Positions 25,893-41,035 of a stretch of 64,000 nt of DNA are shown piece after piece; the stretch's first letter is position 1, and every line of letters begins with the position of its first letter. Under the pieces are notes generated by a model that did not search any database, was not told the origin of the DNA, and worked only from the letters and a program-made list of their open reading frames with translations. This DNA is from Octopus sinensis. Its lineage: Eukaryota. Both the position numbers and the translations under genes were made by a program. The stretch is taken from assembly GCF_006345805.1 (NCBI RefSeq), contig NC_042997.1, forward strand, positions 33,418,001-33,482,000, given 5' to 3'.

Positions 25893-26246
25893 GGATTCCA
25901 GTTGATCCGATCAACGGAACAGTCTGCTCGTTAAATTAACGTGTAAGTGGCCGAGCACTCCACAGATACTTGCACCCTTAACGTAGTTCTCCGGGAGATT
26001 CGGTGTGTCTCAGTGTGTGACAAGGCTGGCCCTTTGAAATACAGGTACAACAGAAACAGGAAGAAAGGGTGAGAGAAAGTAGTGGTGAAAGAGTACAGCA
26101 GGGTTCGCCACCACCCCCTGCCAGAGCATTGTAGAGCTTTAGGTGTTTTCGCTCAATAAACACTCACAACGCCCGGTCTGGGAATCGAAATCGCAATCCC
26201 ACGACCGCGAGTCCGCTGCCCTAACCACTAGGCCATTGCGCTTCCA
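25893..26246 (-). mobile_element. SINE family C with 11-bp TSD
   Basis: TSD cgatgaaagta at 25882-25892 and 26247-26257. Confidence 0.88.
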
Positions 26247-26459
26247 CGATGAAAGTAATGGCTATGCTGAGAAGTAATGTCTGTCACCACTTCAACATGG
26301 CTGTTCCGTAGGAACCGCCGTTACTACAGATTACATCGACTAACCAGCTGGAGGAAGCGTCTTCCTGGGGTTAAAATGGTTGTACCGTCGGTTTCTACGG
26401 AACAGTCATGTTAAAATGGCGATAAACATTACTTCTATGTGTATGCGTGTGTGTGCGCG

Positions 26460-26512
<53 letters not shown>

Positions 26513-26576
26513 TATTATTAAAATACCATCACGTGTGGCAAGCGAGTTATCAGCCGTACAGGCAAATTATATATAT

Positions 26577-26844
<268 letters not shown>

Positions 26845-26863
26845 TATATATATATATATATAT

Positions 26864-27554
26864 ATTTTATATAAAAGGGCTTAGTAAAATAAATTACTTT
26901 GCCACATACTGAACTCATTAGAAATAGCAGCTAAAAAAACTTTTTTAAAACTATTTCTAATACTTAAAGAAAATCTCTCTCATATAGTGTTTGCTCAATT
27001 CAACTCACGAAAGTATGGGGGTAAAGACATTAAAAAATCAAATGCAAAGGTTATTTGAGAACGTACGTTTCAAGATTAGTCAACTCGACATTTCTATCAT
27101 CAGCTCAGAACTCCTTGGTTTGGATTTGAAAACACTGAAAGTGGGAGCATACCCTTTCGGCTTCTTATCGCTTCTGAAGATCTGCTCGAAACTAACAGTG
27201 CCAGCAAACCCAAGATATGCAAGCGAAGAATTTCTGCTCTCCCCTTTCCACCAGCGTGGGTTAAAATCAGCAAACACTATGCTTTTTCGGTAAAATCCGA
27301 GGCATTAAATAGAGAGAGATGAATTATAATTTCAACAATTGAGGGTAAAATTAATTAATTATTAATCAATTTCACCAAGTATTCAGTATGTAAAGGGACC
27401 ATTTAAGGCGAATTCAAATTATTACATTTTATATAAAAGGGCTTAGTAAAATAAATTACTTTGCCACATACTGAACTCATTAGAAATAGCAGCTAAAAAA
27501 ACTTTTTTAAAACTATTTCTAATACTTAAAGAAAATCTCTCTCATATAGTGTTT

Positions 27555-27555
<1 letters not shown>
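26864..27555 (-). mobile_element. Retrozyme/pLTR-like non-coding element: 130-bp terminal direct repeats, internal hammerhead, inserted in (TA)n
   Basis: Identical direct repeats at 26864-26993 and 27426-27555 (period 562 bp). (TA)n on both flanks; hammerhead at 27056-27107. Confidence 0.75.
27056..27107 (-). ncRNA. Type-I hammerhead motif with palindromic stem III
   Basis: Minus strand: TGAG-CTGATGA-TAGA(17 nt)TCTT-GAAA-CGTACG-TT-CTCA. Palindrome ACGTACGT, GUU triplet, first stem-II pair U-U. Confidence 0.7.
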
Positions 27556-27594
<39 letters not shown>

Positions 27595-28099
27595 ATATAT
27601 ATATATATATATATACATATATTGATGCATTCATTCACATATTTTTTGTATATATGCGGGTGCAATTACTGACATCCATGCATTAAAATTTATGCTTCGA
27701 CGTAAATTAATATTTGAATGATAAACGATCCTCACCAGAGGCACAAAAAATACACGGTTTCTCTGCGACTGTAACCTGTACTATTTAGCCGTTGGGAGAT
27801 TTAGTGAGGTGTTGAGCAAAGTTTTTAACGTTCGTATAGCACAAGTATCAATTGGATGATGAAATTCTTAGAGTGAAAAACGGTCGTGATTATAAAAGCT
27901 TATCATTCAACTCAATTTACCGTCTAACAAGTCGGAATCTACCGAAATTCTTTTATCTATTTCCCTTTCAGGAATCAAATTCACAGCAATTGCAATCAGA
28001 TTTATGTTATCCATCCTTTCTTTGTACTCTAAAAGTATATAGCAAAGCAATTTAATCTCTTTTGTGTGATTTGTTTTGCTTGAGAAACTGTTCGATCAA

Positions 28100-29700
28100 C
28101 TGCAGCAGATGTTGCCGGAATTACCAGTAAAATTTGGTAAATTCTATAGCTCTTTGATACTACGTTGTTTCTTTTCATTCAGGTCTACAGTGATAGCAAA
28201 ACAACAGGATTCTTTCTGATCAAAACTTCAAATACTGAAATTTGAGGTACTAAACAATTAATACCAATACCATTGCTTAATTATACTGATTTCTGATGAG
28301 GTGTTCTCTTTGTTGATTACCTTTAGAAGTAATGTCTGCAACTTTTAATATACACTTTTGATCTTGTCTGGTTATAGCGTTTGTTGAGAGAAGAGATTAT
28401 TGTAAATACACCCTCCGGAAAAGTACCTTCTCCAATTCTCAATTTACTTGTTTTTTACTAGCCTTTTGTTTACTCAGAACTTGGTTATATAGTTTGCAAG
28501 ACAAAATGTCATGTCCCTGCCTTCTACACAAAATCTTCATGAAGATTATCAATGGAATCTTCATTCCTTATATGCTTTAAAACTGTTTAGTTGTTGATGA
28601 TATTCTATCTGCAGTGACTTTGATAAATTGTCTTCTTACGAGTACAGGAGCCTTCTGAGATCTAGTCCAAAGACGAAAGCAAAGGGTTCCCTTCGAGCAT
28701 GGCATTAAATTATATGACCTCAAACATCAGCATCCAGTTGTGATTGTACACATTCTTATAAACATTAGAATAGGATTGAAGAATTTCCCAGAGTTCGTCA
28801 AGCAATGCATACTGTTCATCTTGTTACACTAAATTAAGATGTCACAGACGTCAGAACTCATCAAGTAAACTTTCTCATTTTGGTGAATACTTAGTTAAAG
28901 TTAGCGTCATCTCCTAAATATAACTTATCACAGAAGACAACATTATACTTTAGATAATAGTTTCCTTTACACTAAGACTTAAAGAATGTGCTTGACAATG
29001 TATTACTAAAGAGTTCGAATGAAGTCCTTCCAAAGGATTGACCATTCTAGTTTTTCCCACCCAAAACAGAGGTTTCGCTGTGTCAAGCTATACAACTGTC
29101 CAACTGCAAAGATGTAATTGCTGTTTTGTGAGCCCATCTTTAATCATTTGAAATATTGTTGAAGATTTTATGTTTGGCAAATAATAAAAGTTCAAAAATT
29201 CCTCATTGGCCACCGAAGGGTTTGTCGATTCAACGAATACATAAGGTAAGTTGTTCTTTGTTGGATGTATTAGTATATTCATCAGCAATAATTGAAAAAG
29301 GTTTGTACTTATTTCACTAAATAAATCTCGCACAACTATGCCATCCATTATAAAACAGAAATCATTTTATATACTATGACTATGTTGTCTATTTGTAACT
29401 ATTTCGTTGAGCCACTCTAAAAGATTGAAATCTTCTTTCCCTCTCGGTTGTATTAAATTATACAGCTTAGATGATTCATCAACATTTCCTTGCAGTAAAG
29501 AAAGTGCAAGATAATATTATTATGCGTTTGGAATTACTTTGCATACATTTTCACGCAGTTTCAGCCAAATCTAATGTTATTACATTTAGGAATCAGCACT
29601 TCCAGTTCAATGACATCGCGAAAGCATTCATGATGCTAATGTTTCTCAAAGTACAGTCGTTCTCAAAGCTTTTTCCAATTGCAAAACTCTCGTACTAAAA
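28100..29700 (-). mobile_element. Heavily decayed hAT-type (DUF4371/ZMYM1-like) transposase remnant
   Basis: IIADEYTNTSNKEQLTLCIR, EEFLNFYYLPNIKSSTIFQMIKD and DNLSKSLQ motifs across frameshifts. Boundaries approximate. Confidence 0.65.
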
Positions 29701-30519
29701 ACTCATTTTCTTTACTTTTAACATAATATAGTTTTGAATTTTCAATATGCTTGGCTTAAAAGGAAAGGCACGAATTTATAGCTATAGTTATAATGGATAA
29801 AATCAAAGGCAATGAACTAAATTGTTTCAAAAGAACGTTTCTGGTTACCAAATATCTATCCCGGAAAAATTAAAAATTTATCCGTTCATTCTGTAGAGTA
29901 ACAAAAGCGAACATGAGGTCAATTTCATTAGTTTGTCTACTGAAACAATGAAGCCGAAATTACGGTTAAAGAAATTATTTTACTTGAAGTCTCTGGTTAT
30001 ACTTTACAATTTCATAGAACAACTTGCTTCAGTAGGCAATGAACAAAAATTATTATGGATTTTGGTTGAAAAAAAAAAATCTAGCATCGTTCGTTGATCG
30101 ATATTCCTTGGTATATATGAAATAGTATAATAATCTGCTTAAATAGTTTTTAAAGTAAAACAAGACATATTCTTAGCGGACATTTGACCTTTCGATAATA
30201 TTTGTCTGAAAAATTATATAGAATACTTATTATATAGAATACTTAAGTATCTTATTTTAGAATAAAGTTAGATGGATAATAACACGGTATCCCTGTGTGC
30301 GTGGCAGGTGCCCATAGTCATCATACTCTCTTTTCACTTAACTCTTGATCAGAAGAATATATTTAGCGAAAATCATAGACACATGGAACAGAAACACTTA
30401 TAATTAAAATTAATGAGAAGTTCTCTTACCCATTCACTTACAGATTGATATTGTCATGTCAGAGCTTATACGATAATTTTCCAAGATTCTGATCGCAACA
30501 GATCTTTTAATTGATTCTG

Positions 30520-30838
30520 GCACTTGACGGCTGCCATACTGGGGCACTCTATCGGTGTCGTTTGCCGAACCGCTTAGCTACGGAGACGTAAACACACTAA
30601 CATCGGTTGTCAAGGGGGGGGGGGGAACAGTCACAGACATAAAGACATACACACATAGATGTATACATATATAAGTTGGGTTTCTTTCAATTTCTGTCTA
30701 GCAAATCTACTCACTAGACTTTGGTCGGCCCGAAGCTATAGTAGAAGACACTTGTCCAAGGTACTACGCAAAGAGACTGAACTCGGAACCATTTGATTGC
30801 GAAGCAAGCTTCTTACCACACAGCCACGGCTGCGCCTT
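30520..30838 (-). mobile_element. SINE family A, partial
   Basis: ttgccgaaccgcttagctacggagacg...gcaagcttcttaccacacagccac. Confidence 0.7.
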
Positions 30839-30849
30839 GCTGACTTTTA

Positions 30850-31745
<896 letters not shown>

Positions 31746-31959
31746 TAACAAAAAAGTAGTATCAGATTTTATCTTAGCATGCGCTTGCCAGTGGTTACAC
31801 GCTACTGACAGTCCAAAGAAGCAGAAATGTGCATCTAACTTCTCATTGCCTCTGCTGGTTGAGTTTTGCTTGCTACTGATAAATTTATGTTTACAAATAC
31901 AGAAAGCGCATAAGAGATATCCACGGACGAATATCACAACTAATTTGCCTTTCGTGGTG

Positions 31960-32851
31960 TACAATAATCACTCGCCATATCACAGTTCACCTATCACGCC
32001 CTCAATACATCGCGGATTTTTCTGGCTAATTTAAGTAGATTTATATCGCGGACTCCTCAGTATATCGCGGGTGTCTGCAGCCGATGGGTATTTATATTTT
32101 TTTAAGATTTTAATTATTTCTCTGGTAAAATAAGCATTTTCACGCCCAAAAATCAATAAATCAATATCTGAAAATACACTATAGAGTATTGTACTGTATA
32201 ACACATTAATTAAAATACATTAAAAGAAAATACGTAGTGTACCGTAGATGAATAGACAAAGAATCGTACATACTGTATGGAAAACGAAACTCAGGAGGCG
32301 AGTGTGTGGTATTGTTTTGCATTTATAATGAAATGAATATATACAAGCAATAATAAATCTCAGAGCGAGTTAGAAACAGTAGCTACAACACATCGTGACG
32401 TATATTTGCCATTTAGATATGGCTAACCTCTAAGGGTGAGTGCTACTGTAGTTTGTAGCCCCAGGAGGACACCTCCTTCAGCTGGCTATAGACACACTTT
32501 CTGTGCCGACAACTGTGATTGTCACACGCCTATGGCGGGTCAATACCCAGAAACTCGAGTCCGTGTGTATCATAAGTTGAAGACGGGAAGAATGGCTTCC
32601 CTTTGCAAATACTGATAAGGCACAGAAAGTGTGTCTATAGCCAGCTGGAGGAGGTGTCCTCCTGGGGCTACAAACTACAGTAGCATCCACCCTTAGGGGT
32701 TAGCCATATTTAAATGGCAAATATACGTCACGAATATATACAAGTTATTTAAAAAATATATACAGTACAGTACTGTTTCTACTCCGCAAATTTTCACCTA
32801 TCACGGGGGTCTTTGGAACGTAACACCCGCAATTGTCGAGGGTTTATTGTA
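31960..32851. mobile_element. Tigger/pogo-like non-autonomous DNA transposon (TA-flanked)
   Basis: TIRs tacaataatcactcg / cgagggtttattgta, with subterminal cctatcacg..ggaacgtaacacccgc typical of Tigger-type MITEs. Confidence 0.6.
32393..32733. mobile_element. Foldback MITE with about 115-bp TIRs, nested in the Tigger-like element
   Basis: cgtgacgtatatttgccattt...gacacactttctgtgcc matches the reverse complement of the right arm with about 5 mismatches. Confidence 0.85.
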
Positions 32852-33477
32852 TTTGCATTAAGTATGATACCCAGATGGCTGTATACATACAGAGATACAT
32901 ATGTATTTATGTTTGCGTGTGTGTTTGTGCGTTTGTGCGTGTGTAAATTGTGTGTGTATATATATATGTTTGTATGTATGTATGTATGAATGTTTGTACG
33001 TATATATGCATTTATGTGTGCTTATGTTTTATACATAGATATAGCTATCCTTTTTAACAACAAGATTATAGTACAAAATAAACATGTAGAAAGTTTCAGA
33101 TGTAATATTTATACTGCGGAGGTTTAATGCTTCTTGAAATAGAATGGCTTTAAATCATGTGGAAGGCGGGTTTTACATCAGAACCAGATGGGCCGTACAT
33201 GAAGAGCGTTTTATTTCTACGCGAGCCAGGTGTGTTATTTCCGTAATTTAACCCACCAGGAAAGGGCGTGGCATGGTATGGCAAATACTTTCATATATAA
33301 GAAAAAACGTTGGATTGTATTTCATGGGAGTTCGCTGTTAGTTTGTGAGGTTGCGGTGAGCTTCAGCCAAGTTTGTAGCACTCACCACCATCATCATCAT
33401 CTTCAATCTTGAAACCATTGTCGGTAATGCCACCGTGAACATAGCTATAATGTATATATGGAACTATGTACATACGT

Positions 33478-33852
33478 ACATGGCCCAGTGGTTAGGGCAG
33501 CGGACTCGCGGTCGTAGGATCGCGGTTTCGATTCCCAGACCGGGCGTTGTGAGTGTTTATTGAGCGAAAACACCCAAAAGCTCCACGAGGCTCCGGCAGG
33601 GGATGGTGGTGATCCCTGCTGTACTCTTTCACCACAACTTTCTCTCACACTTACTTCCTGTTTCTGTTGTACCTGTATTTCAAAGGGCCAGCCTTGTCAC
33701 TCTCTGTGTCACGCTGAATATCCCCGAGAACTACGTTAAGGGTACACGTGTCTGTGGAGTGCTCAGCCACTTACACGTTAATTTCACGAGCAGGCTGTTC
33801 CGTTGATCGGATCAACCGGAACCCTCGTCGTCGTAACCGACGGAGTGCTTCC
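33478..33852 (+). mobile_element. SINE family C copy
   Basis: Near-identical to 24570-24954 and 56930-57317. Confidence 0.88.
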
Positions 33853-33871
33853 AGATGTATCCAACGTATGT

Positions 33872-34070
33872 ACCGTATTTAAAGGTGTATAAGACGCCCT
33901 TTTTTTTTTCCAAAAAATATCTCAGAAAATTAACCCCACGATCTATATGTGTAGTTGAGCCTCTCCTCAGCTAATTTTGTCCCTGGCTCTCACTTTTTTC
34001 TTAATTAGCTCTGTTGAAACTGGGCTGCGTCTAGTATGCTCCTGCGTCTTCTGTGCCATCAAATACAGTA
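33872..34070. mobile_element. Small MITE (taccgtattt / aaatacagta ends)
   Basis: Short TIRs flanked by TA, with tataagacgc / gcgtct subterminal repeats. Confidence 0.5.
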
Positions 34071-34679
34071 TGTACATTTGTAATATAGAAGATTAAAAAA
34101 AAAGATTGTAACATTGCCTGCAGCTGTGATAATTACTATACCGGAGCGACAACACAATCCTTAGCTGCCCACATTGGAAGACTTAATTAAGTAACAACAA
34201 TGACTTACTGTTGACCTGTCAAAGAGGATCTCAGTCCACGCAGCATTCAAAGTAGAGTACTCTGTGCGCGCGTGCGTGTTTGTGATATAGAAGACGAATG
34301 AATACATGCTTGTACACTTGCATAATTATATGTATGTGCACATGCACATGGGCGCATATACGGATTCAATTGTACACGTAGATCTCATTATATGCTGAAC
34401 TTATATGTTTTCCATATTTTGACAGTGATTTTGAAAGCTTATAATTGATTAAGCGCGTTCTTTCTGATTTTGTGAAATCCAGATTCTCATTAATTATTAC
34501 AGCTATTTGCTCTAATAGTTACTGAGAGATATAAATGGCAGAAATCTAAAACTGCCAATGGAGTAACTCCAGATTTCTCATTAGGTGAGCGTAGATCTTT
34601 TCTCTTTTACTAACTATTAATATAATGTTGACAACTGATAAACAGGTATGTATGCATATATGTATGTATTTATGTATGT

Positions 34680-34919
34680 AAGTCATTATTCAGTTTATTT
34701 CAAAATTTTCTTGCCAATAGAGAAAGAGCCGGTTTCTAACTCATATCCAAGGCTCCTTCATTGGAATTTCAAGAACATCAACAGAGTGTCTTTGTATATA
34801 TGCATGTCATTGTTCAGTTTTATTTCAAGATTTCTTGCCAATAGAGGAGCCGGTTTCTATCCAATAGATTCAAGGCTCCTTCACTGGAATTTCAACATCA
34901 CCACCAGGGTATTTTTATT

Positions 34920-34951
<32 letters not shown>

Positions 34952-35365
34952 TGTATGTATGTATGTATGCATGTATGTATGTGTGCAGATTTGTATGTTT
35001 TGTTTTGTGTATGTATTCTCATGCATATAGTTGCATATCAAGACACTCATACATATTTAAATGATAAAATTCTGGATAGTTTTCCTGATTTTTACAGTTC
35101 CAGTGATGGATTGGTTCTGTAGTCTTCGATTTAGCTTTCCCCTTTCTCATTCTCAGAAACCTAATTTCTCAAGATTGGTTTTTAGGCAGTATGTTACATG
35201 TCCCAGGGCCCTAATAATTACAGGTATAAAACTGAACTTGTAATCTGGATAAAGTACCTGCAAATTTCTTAATAGTTCAGCGTAGGTGTTCTCTTTTTCA
35301 CTGATCTTCACCTTTATGTTAACATCCACTGGGCATCTAATTTCCACAACTGTGCACAGTTTCTC
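34680..35365 (-). mobile_element. Dong/R4-clade non-LTR retrotransposon 3' fragment (restriction-like endonuclease C-terminus, 3'UTR, duplicated 3' module)
   Basis: EKLCTVVEIRCPVDVNIKVKISEKENTYAELLRNLQVLYPDYKFSFIPVIIRALG...RLQNQSITGTVKIRKTIQNF*. The fragment starts and ends in (ATAC)n. Confidence 0.75.
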
Positions 35366-35784
35366 TGTATGTATGTATGTATGTATGTATGTATGTATGT
35401 ATGTATGTATGTATGTATGTATGTATGTATGTATGTATGTATGTATGTATGTATGAATATATGTATGTATGAATGAATGTATGTATGTATGTGTGTATGT
35501 GTGTATGCATGTATTTATGTATGTATGTATGAATGGATGTATGTATGTATGTGTGTATGTGTGTATGCATGTATTTATGTATGTATGTATGTATGTATGT
35601 ATGTATGTATGTATGTATGTATGAATGTATGTATGTATGAATGAATGTATGTATGTATGTGTGTATGTGTGTATGCATGTATTTATGTATGTATGTATGT
35701 ATGCATGCATGTATGTATGTATGTATGTATGTATGTATGCATGCATGTATGTATGTATGGATGGATGGATGGATGCATGCATGC

Positions 35785-35817
<33 letters not shown>

Positions 35818-35830
35818 TGTGTGTGTGTAT
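35366..35830. repeat. (TATG)n array
   Basis: Directly visible. Confidence 0.9.
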
Positions 35831-36417
35831 GCAGATTTGTGTGTTTTGTCTAATGTATTTATTTTCATGCTTATATGATAGTTCCATGTCTAGACAAGCT
35901 TATAGACACTTTAATGATAAACTCCAACAAAAATCAGTTTTGTTGTCACGGTTTCTTCTATAACTACAGCGAGAAAGAATCTGTTTACCTCTTGAGCTAT
36001 TGCTTTCATTCTGTTCTTCGGTTGTGTTGTTGATGTTGTATGCAGTCATGTTGTTTGTAGTAACTCTCTGGGTGGTAAATTCAAGTTTCTGTCGAAAATC
36101 ACAACGATCTTGTATAAAAGGCTCCTTCAGTTAATTCATCAGTTATTTAACAAGGCTGATAATTGTGGCTTCAAAGATGGAGATATTATTCATCATATTT
36201 CCGATATAAATAGCCTCACGCGCCAAACACGCGACTTGTCGCTTCGAGTTGCAGTTTATGGATGGGTGGATAGATGGATGGGTTGTGAGTGGGTGAACTT
36301 GTATGTTTGTCCTAACAAATGACCACAAGCTAATGCTGAACATCAAAATTAAATCGGTAAACTGTGTGGGATGATAATAGATTTCTCGCGATTACTAGCG
36401 AGCGAGAGCTCGTCACA

Positions 36418-36784
36418 TCTCTCTATATATAAACGGCAGTTTGTCTGTGTGTGTTCTGTGTGTCTGTTAGGTTGTACCTCACCCTGACCACGGCTTTCAA
36501 CCGATTCTGATGAAACTTGACACACACATACCCAATGTCATAATTCAAAACTAACGCAGCGAAAATTTTGAAAAGTTCCCCCAGTTCTGAAAAAATCGAT
36601 AAATTCGACATGGGGTCGAGAATCAGAAACACAAACCACAGACTGTCTAGGGGACGCAACTCGACCTTTTTAACTAAAAAAAAATTGACCATAATTTTTT
36701 TTACATTTTTTGGCTATAACTCTCTAAAAATGCTTTATAGTTATTTCCCTTACAAACCCGAGCAACGCCGGGCGATACTGCTAG
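36418..36784 (+). mobile_element. Non-autonomous Helitron, short version (367 bp)
   Basis: A|TC start, hairpin cccgagcaacgccggg (36757-36772), CTAG|T end. The first about 200 bp match 14160-14365. Confidence 0.8.
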
Positions 36785-36916
36785 TTATCTATAAAATTCT
36801 TTATTATGAGTGATACAAAATTTTGATTTCAATACCAAACTTGTGAATCCGTTACGCTTCGTAAACTCAGTTATCGTGTGTAAAAACGCACACTCACATT
36901 AACTCACACACAGACG

Positions 36917-36949
<33 letters not shown>

Positions 36950-36951
<2 letters not shown>

Positions 36952-37205
36952 TGAGGCCGCATGGCTTAGTGGTTAGGGTGTTACACTCACGATATAGCGA
37001 TCGTGATTTCAATTCCTAGACCGGATGGTGCGTTGTGTTTTGGGGCAAAACACTTCATCTCAAGTTGCTCTGCGATCACTTCGACCACTGACGCGTGGTA
37101 CACCGTGTACCTGTTCAGACAATGTCGATTTAGTGGCGGGAGTCAGCTTATGTACAGCACATATATTTGATCACTATAAAACAAATCATTTGTGCAGGTC
37201 GTTCG
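36950..37205 (+). mobile_element. Older tRNA-derived CORE-type SINE
   Basis: gaggccgcatggcttagtggttaggg...gatttcaattcctagaccgg...ttggggcaaaacacttcatc. Confidence 0.6.
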
Positions 37206-37244
37206 CCAAAAGTTGAACACTCATACGGGAAGTCTATCACGTAA

Positions 37245-37275
<31 letters not shown>

Positions 37276-37461
37276 TGTATGTATGTATGTATGTATGTAT
37301 GTATGTATGTATGTATGTATGTATGAATGGATGTATGTATGAATGGATGTATGTATGTATGTATGAATGGATGGATGGATGGATGGATTGATGGATGTAG
37401 GTATGTCTACATGTATGTATGTATGCATGCATGCATGCGTGCATGCATATATGTATGTACT

Positions 37462-37529
<68 letters not shown>

Positions 37530-37722
37530 TGTAGTTATAGCATATGATGATTTTATTACATACTAAACTTCTTGAATGTTTTCCATATTTTAGCTGTGCC
37601 TTTGATGGCTTGTAACAGTAATCTATTGATTTACCCGGTTCTTTCTGGTTTGGGGATATCCGGCTTCCGAAAATTGATACTGAAGCAGACAGTCCTGTTG
37701 CGAAGTTCTCCAATGGTTATAT

Positions 37723-37768
<46 letters not shown>

Positions 37769-38659
37769 CAAACCGCATCCAGTGGTAAGGCTCCAGTTCA
37801 GGAGTTATTGAGTTATGGGGGAACGTGGACTCATCCCTTAAGTACCATTACTTCCAGGTCCGGTCTCACTCGGCCCTATAGTACATTTCAGGGTCCCGCC
37901 TATGGGTTTAATATATTTGCCATGGGTAGAGGAGGCTCCCGGTATTTTTGACAAAGCCGTAGGGAAGGCAACTCTTCTAGGAGAAAGATACTCTGACTTG
38001 ACACTCGCAGTCTAAATAGTACCAGTCATTTTGCAATGCTTGTGACTGGAACCTACTATGGCAATCAAGAATAGGAAAAGTGTTGTACAAGCTTTTTGTC
38101 ACTGAAATTAAATGATATGCAGATGTCTCACTATCATTGAATTTGAATGTGAGACAGCAATCATCAAATAAAGGGAGGAAATCATCATTTATATGTATAC
38201 GCATGTATGTGCAGGCATTATTATTATTATTATTTAAATTTTAGTCAATATCCCATCCAGTACCTTGGATTTCTTGCTAGTAGAGGGAGTCTACGTGCAT
38301 TCTTAAGTTGTTTGAGAGACTAACTGATCGGAGATTTTCATTTGGATGACAGTATGTGCATTTAGAGGGGCTAGAACTTATAATAACTGTAACACTAACC
38401 GTAAACCAGCCGACAGCCACGGTAATGGAAGTCTTCCATCGACGTTTGCAATAAATATTAGCAACATGAATGCATGAATAATTATCAGTAAAATTAATGA
38501 GAAGTCTGCAAACAAAAGTGTTATAGAAATCAAGTAGAGAGGTATGTGATCTCAACGCATTAATAATATCTCTTACGATTAAACCAAGGGATGTAGTCTC
38601 AGCAAATCATTTATTAACAATGGTCAAGACAGCCCAAAAATGGCGTTTTTCATTGTACT

Positions 38660-38892
38660 TGTTTCAGTCAGTAGACTGGAGCCGTGCTGAGGCACTGCCC
38701 TCAAGAATTTTTAGTCGAACGTATCGACTCCACTACTTATCTTAAACCTTGGTACTTGTGTCCTTCTCTTTTGCTGAACTGCTAAGTTATTGTGTCCTGA
38801 ACACACCAACACCGGTTGTCAAGCGGTGATGGAAGACAAACACATGCGCAGGTACACATACACATTGATATATCTACCTATCTATTTATCTG

Positions 38893-38961
<69 letters not shown>

Positions 38962-39155
38962 ACACGCACACACACACACACGCACACACACACATGACGC
39001 GTTTCTTTCAGTTTCCGTCTACCAAATCCACTCACAAGCATTTTTCGGTCCGAGGCTATAGCAGAAGGCACTTGCACAAGGTGTCACTGTGGGACTGAAC
39101 CCAGAACCATGTGGTTGAGAAGCAAGCTTCTTACCACACTGCCACACTTGCACCT
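38660..39155 (-). mobile_element. SINE family A copy with internal (TATC)n
   Basis: Reverse complement of the family-A head and tail. Confidence 0.75.
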
Positions 39156-40196
39156 ATGTATATGGAACTGAGTCGATGAGAATTGGCTGAATAATTCTGC
39201 TTTCTATTCATAAGTATTATCGTGTATATGGAGCATCTGGTGAAACTTGAAATAGCAGAACAGTTATCTTGTATGTAGTATCTAATAATGTGTGCTAGTA
39301 TCAACAACAGCAGACAAATACTTAACAAAAACGCCAGGACTTACAAACACATATAACATATAGAAAATTGCCCTACTGGGCACTGCACACATCCTACGCA
39401 AAACACTTTCAATACAGTAACCATCAGAGCACCACAACAAATCACAACACATACCAAAGGCACACAGAGTTGCGCTCGGTTGTGAAGTGGAAGCACGCTA
39501 TAAAAATAAAACTACTGAATAATAATAATAATAATGGAACTACTTTCTTACAACAAACCACCAACTTTTCAATGAACATAATTATTAAGTTAGCTATTCT
39601 TGTCTAGACAAAACTGCTTCCAGCTAAAGCACATCTTCGCTTATTGCGGGCATCTGATCGATTAAATACAAGACTATGTGCCAACGAAATTCCATGTAAT
39701 GGTCATGTGATTTATGAACTGGTTGCTTTCTATGATAGACACATGCGTGTAAGTATATACCGGTGTGTATATATGTGTATCTGTATGCATGCAAGTATAT
39801 ATGAATGTGTATACTGATTTATAGTGACGTTAGCATTCAGTTAGCATTGTGGCTACAACATTGAAGAACATTCCAACAAAAGATATGTTTGTATTACACG
39901 AAACAAACTCACCTCTGATATTCAAATTTCAAGAATCTAATAGAATATTGAAAAATGAAGATTATGAACTCTTATAAATAGCGTTTCACAAAAGAAAATA
40001 TCAAATATATTTCTATTATTTCCAGAAATATGTGAATGATATTGTATGATTTGAATATATTATGCTAATAAATGTACATATGGGTGTCTCAATATGTGCG
40101 TATATATTCACACACGCACGCACACATACGTACATACATACACACACACACATATATATATATATAACTATATATATATATATAGATATATATATG

Positions 40197-40234
<38 letters not shown>

Positions 40235-40319
40235 TATGTATGTATCTGTATATACACATACATATACAGGTATACATACATTAACACGCACACACACACA
40301 CACATGCGCACATACATAT

Positions 40320-40560
40320 ATATAATTATGTTATTCAGTTTTATTTCATGACTTCTCTCCAATAGAGAAAGAGCCGGTTTCTAACCTAGATCCAAGGCTC
40401 CTTCATTGGAATTTCAACATCATCAACAGAGTTTTCGTGCATGTGTGTGTGTATATGTGCAGTATTGGAATTCAGCGTATGTGCATATTTGTATGTTTTG
40501 TTTTCTGTATGTATTCTCATGCATGTGATTGTATGTCTAGACATGCACGTATATACTTAA
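40320..40560 (-). mobile_element. Dong/R4-like LINE 3'UTR plus 3' module
   Basis: ccaatagagaaagagccggtttctaacctagatccaagg...ttttgttttctgtatgtattctcatgc. Confidence 0.65.
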
Positions 40561-40751
40561 ATGTTAGACTCCTGGGAAGAGTTTCTGGCAAAGACAGCTA
40601 GGACTTAGCAACTGCAGCATCAAGAGGTAATTCAATGTCATTGCCAGAGACAAGAGAAAACTCATAATGCAGAAGATCCAACATCAACAGAGGAAGATCG
40701 TCACGTAAAAGCGATTGAGCTTGTCTGCGAGCAACATTCGTTACTATAGTG

Positions 40752-41035
40752 GAGGCACATGACCTAGTGGTTAGAGCAGCGGACTCGCGGTCGAGGGATC
40801 GCGGGTTCGAATCTCAGACCGGGCGATGTGTGTGTTTATGAGCGAAACACTTAAGCTCCACGCGGCTCCGGAAGAAGGTAATGGCGAACTTCTGCTGACT
40901 CTTTCGCCACAACTTTCTCTCACTCTTTATTCCTGCATCTTGCAGCTCACCTGCGACGGACTGGTGGGGAACCTATACGCCAAGGAAACTGGGAAACCGG
41001 CGCCTATGAGCCAGGCGTGGCTCGAGAAGGAACAA
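40752..41035 (+). mobile_element. SINE family C head with alternative tail 2
   Basis: Head and body as family C, then ctcacctgcgacggactgg...ggaaaccggcgcctatgagccagg. Confidence 0.75.
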
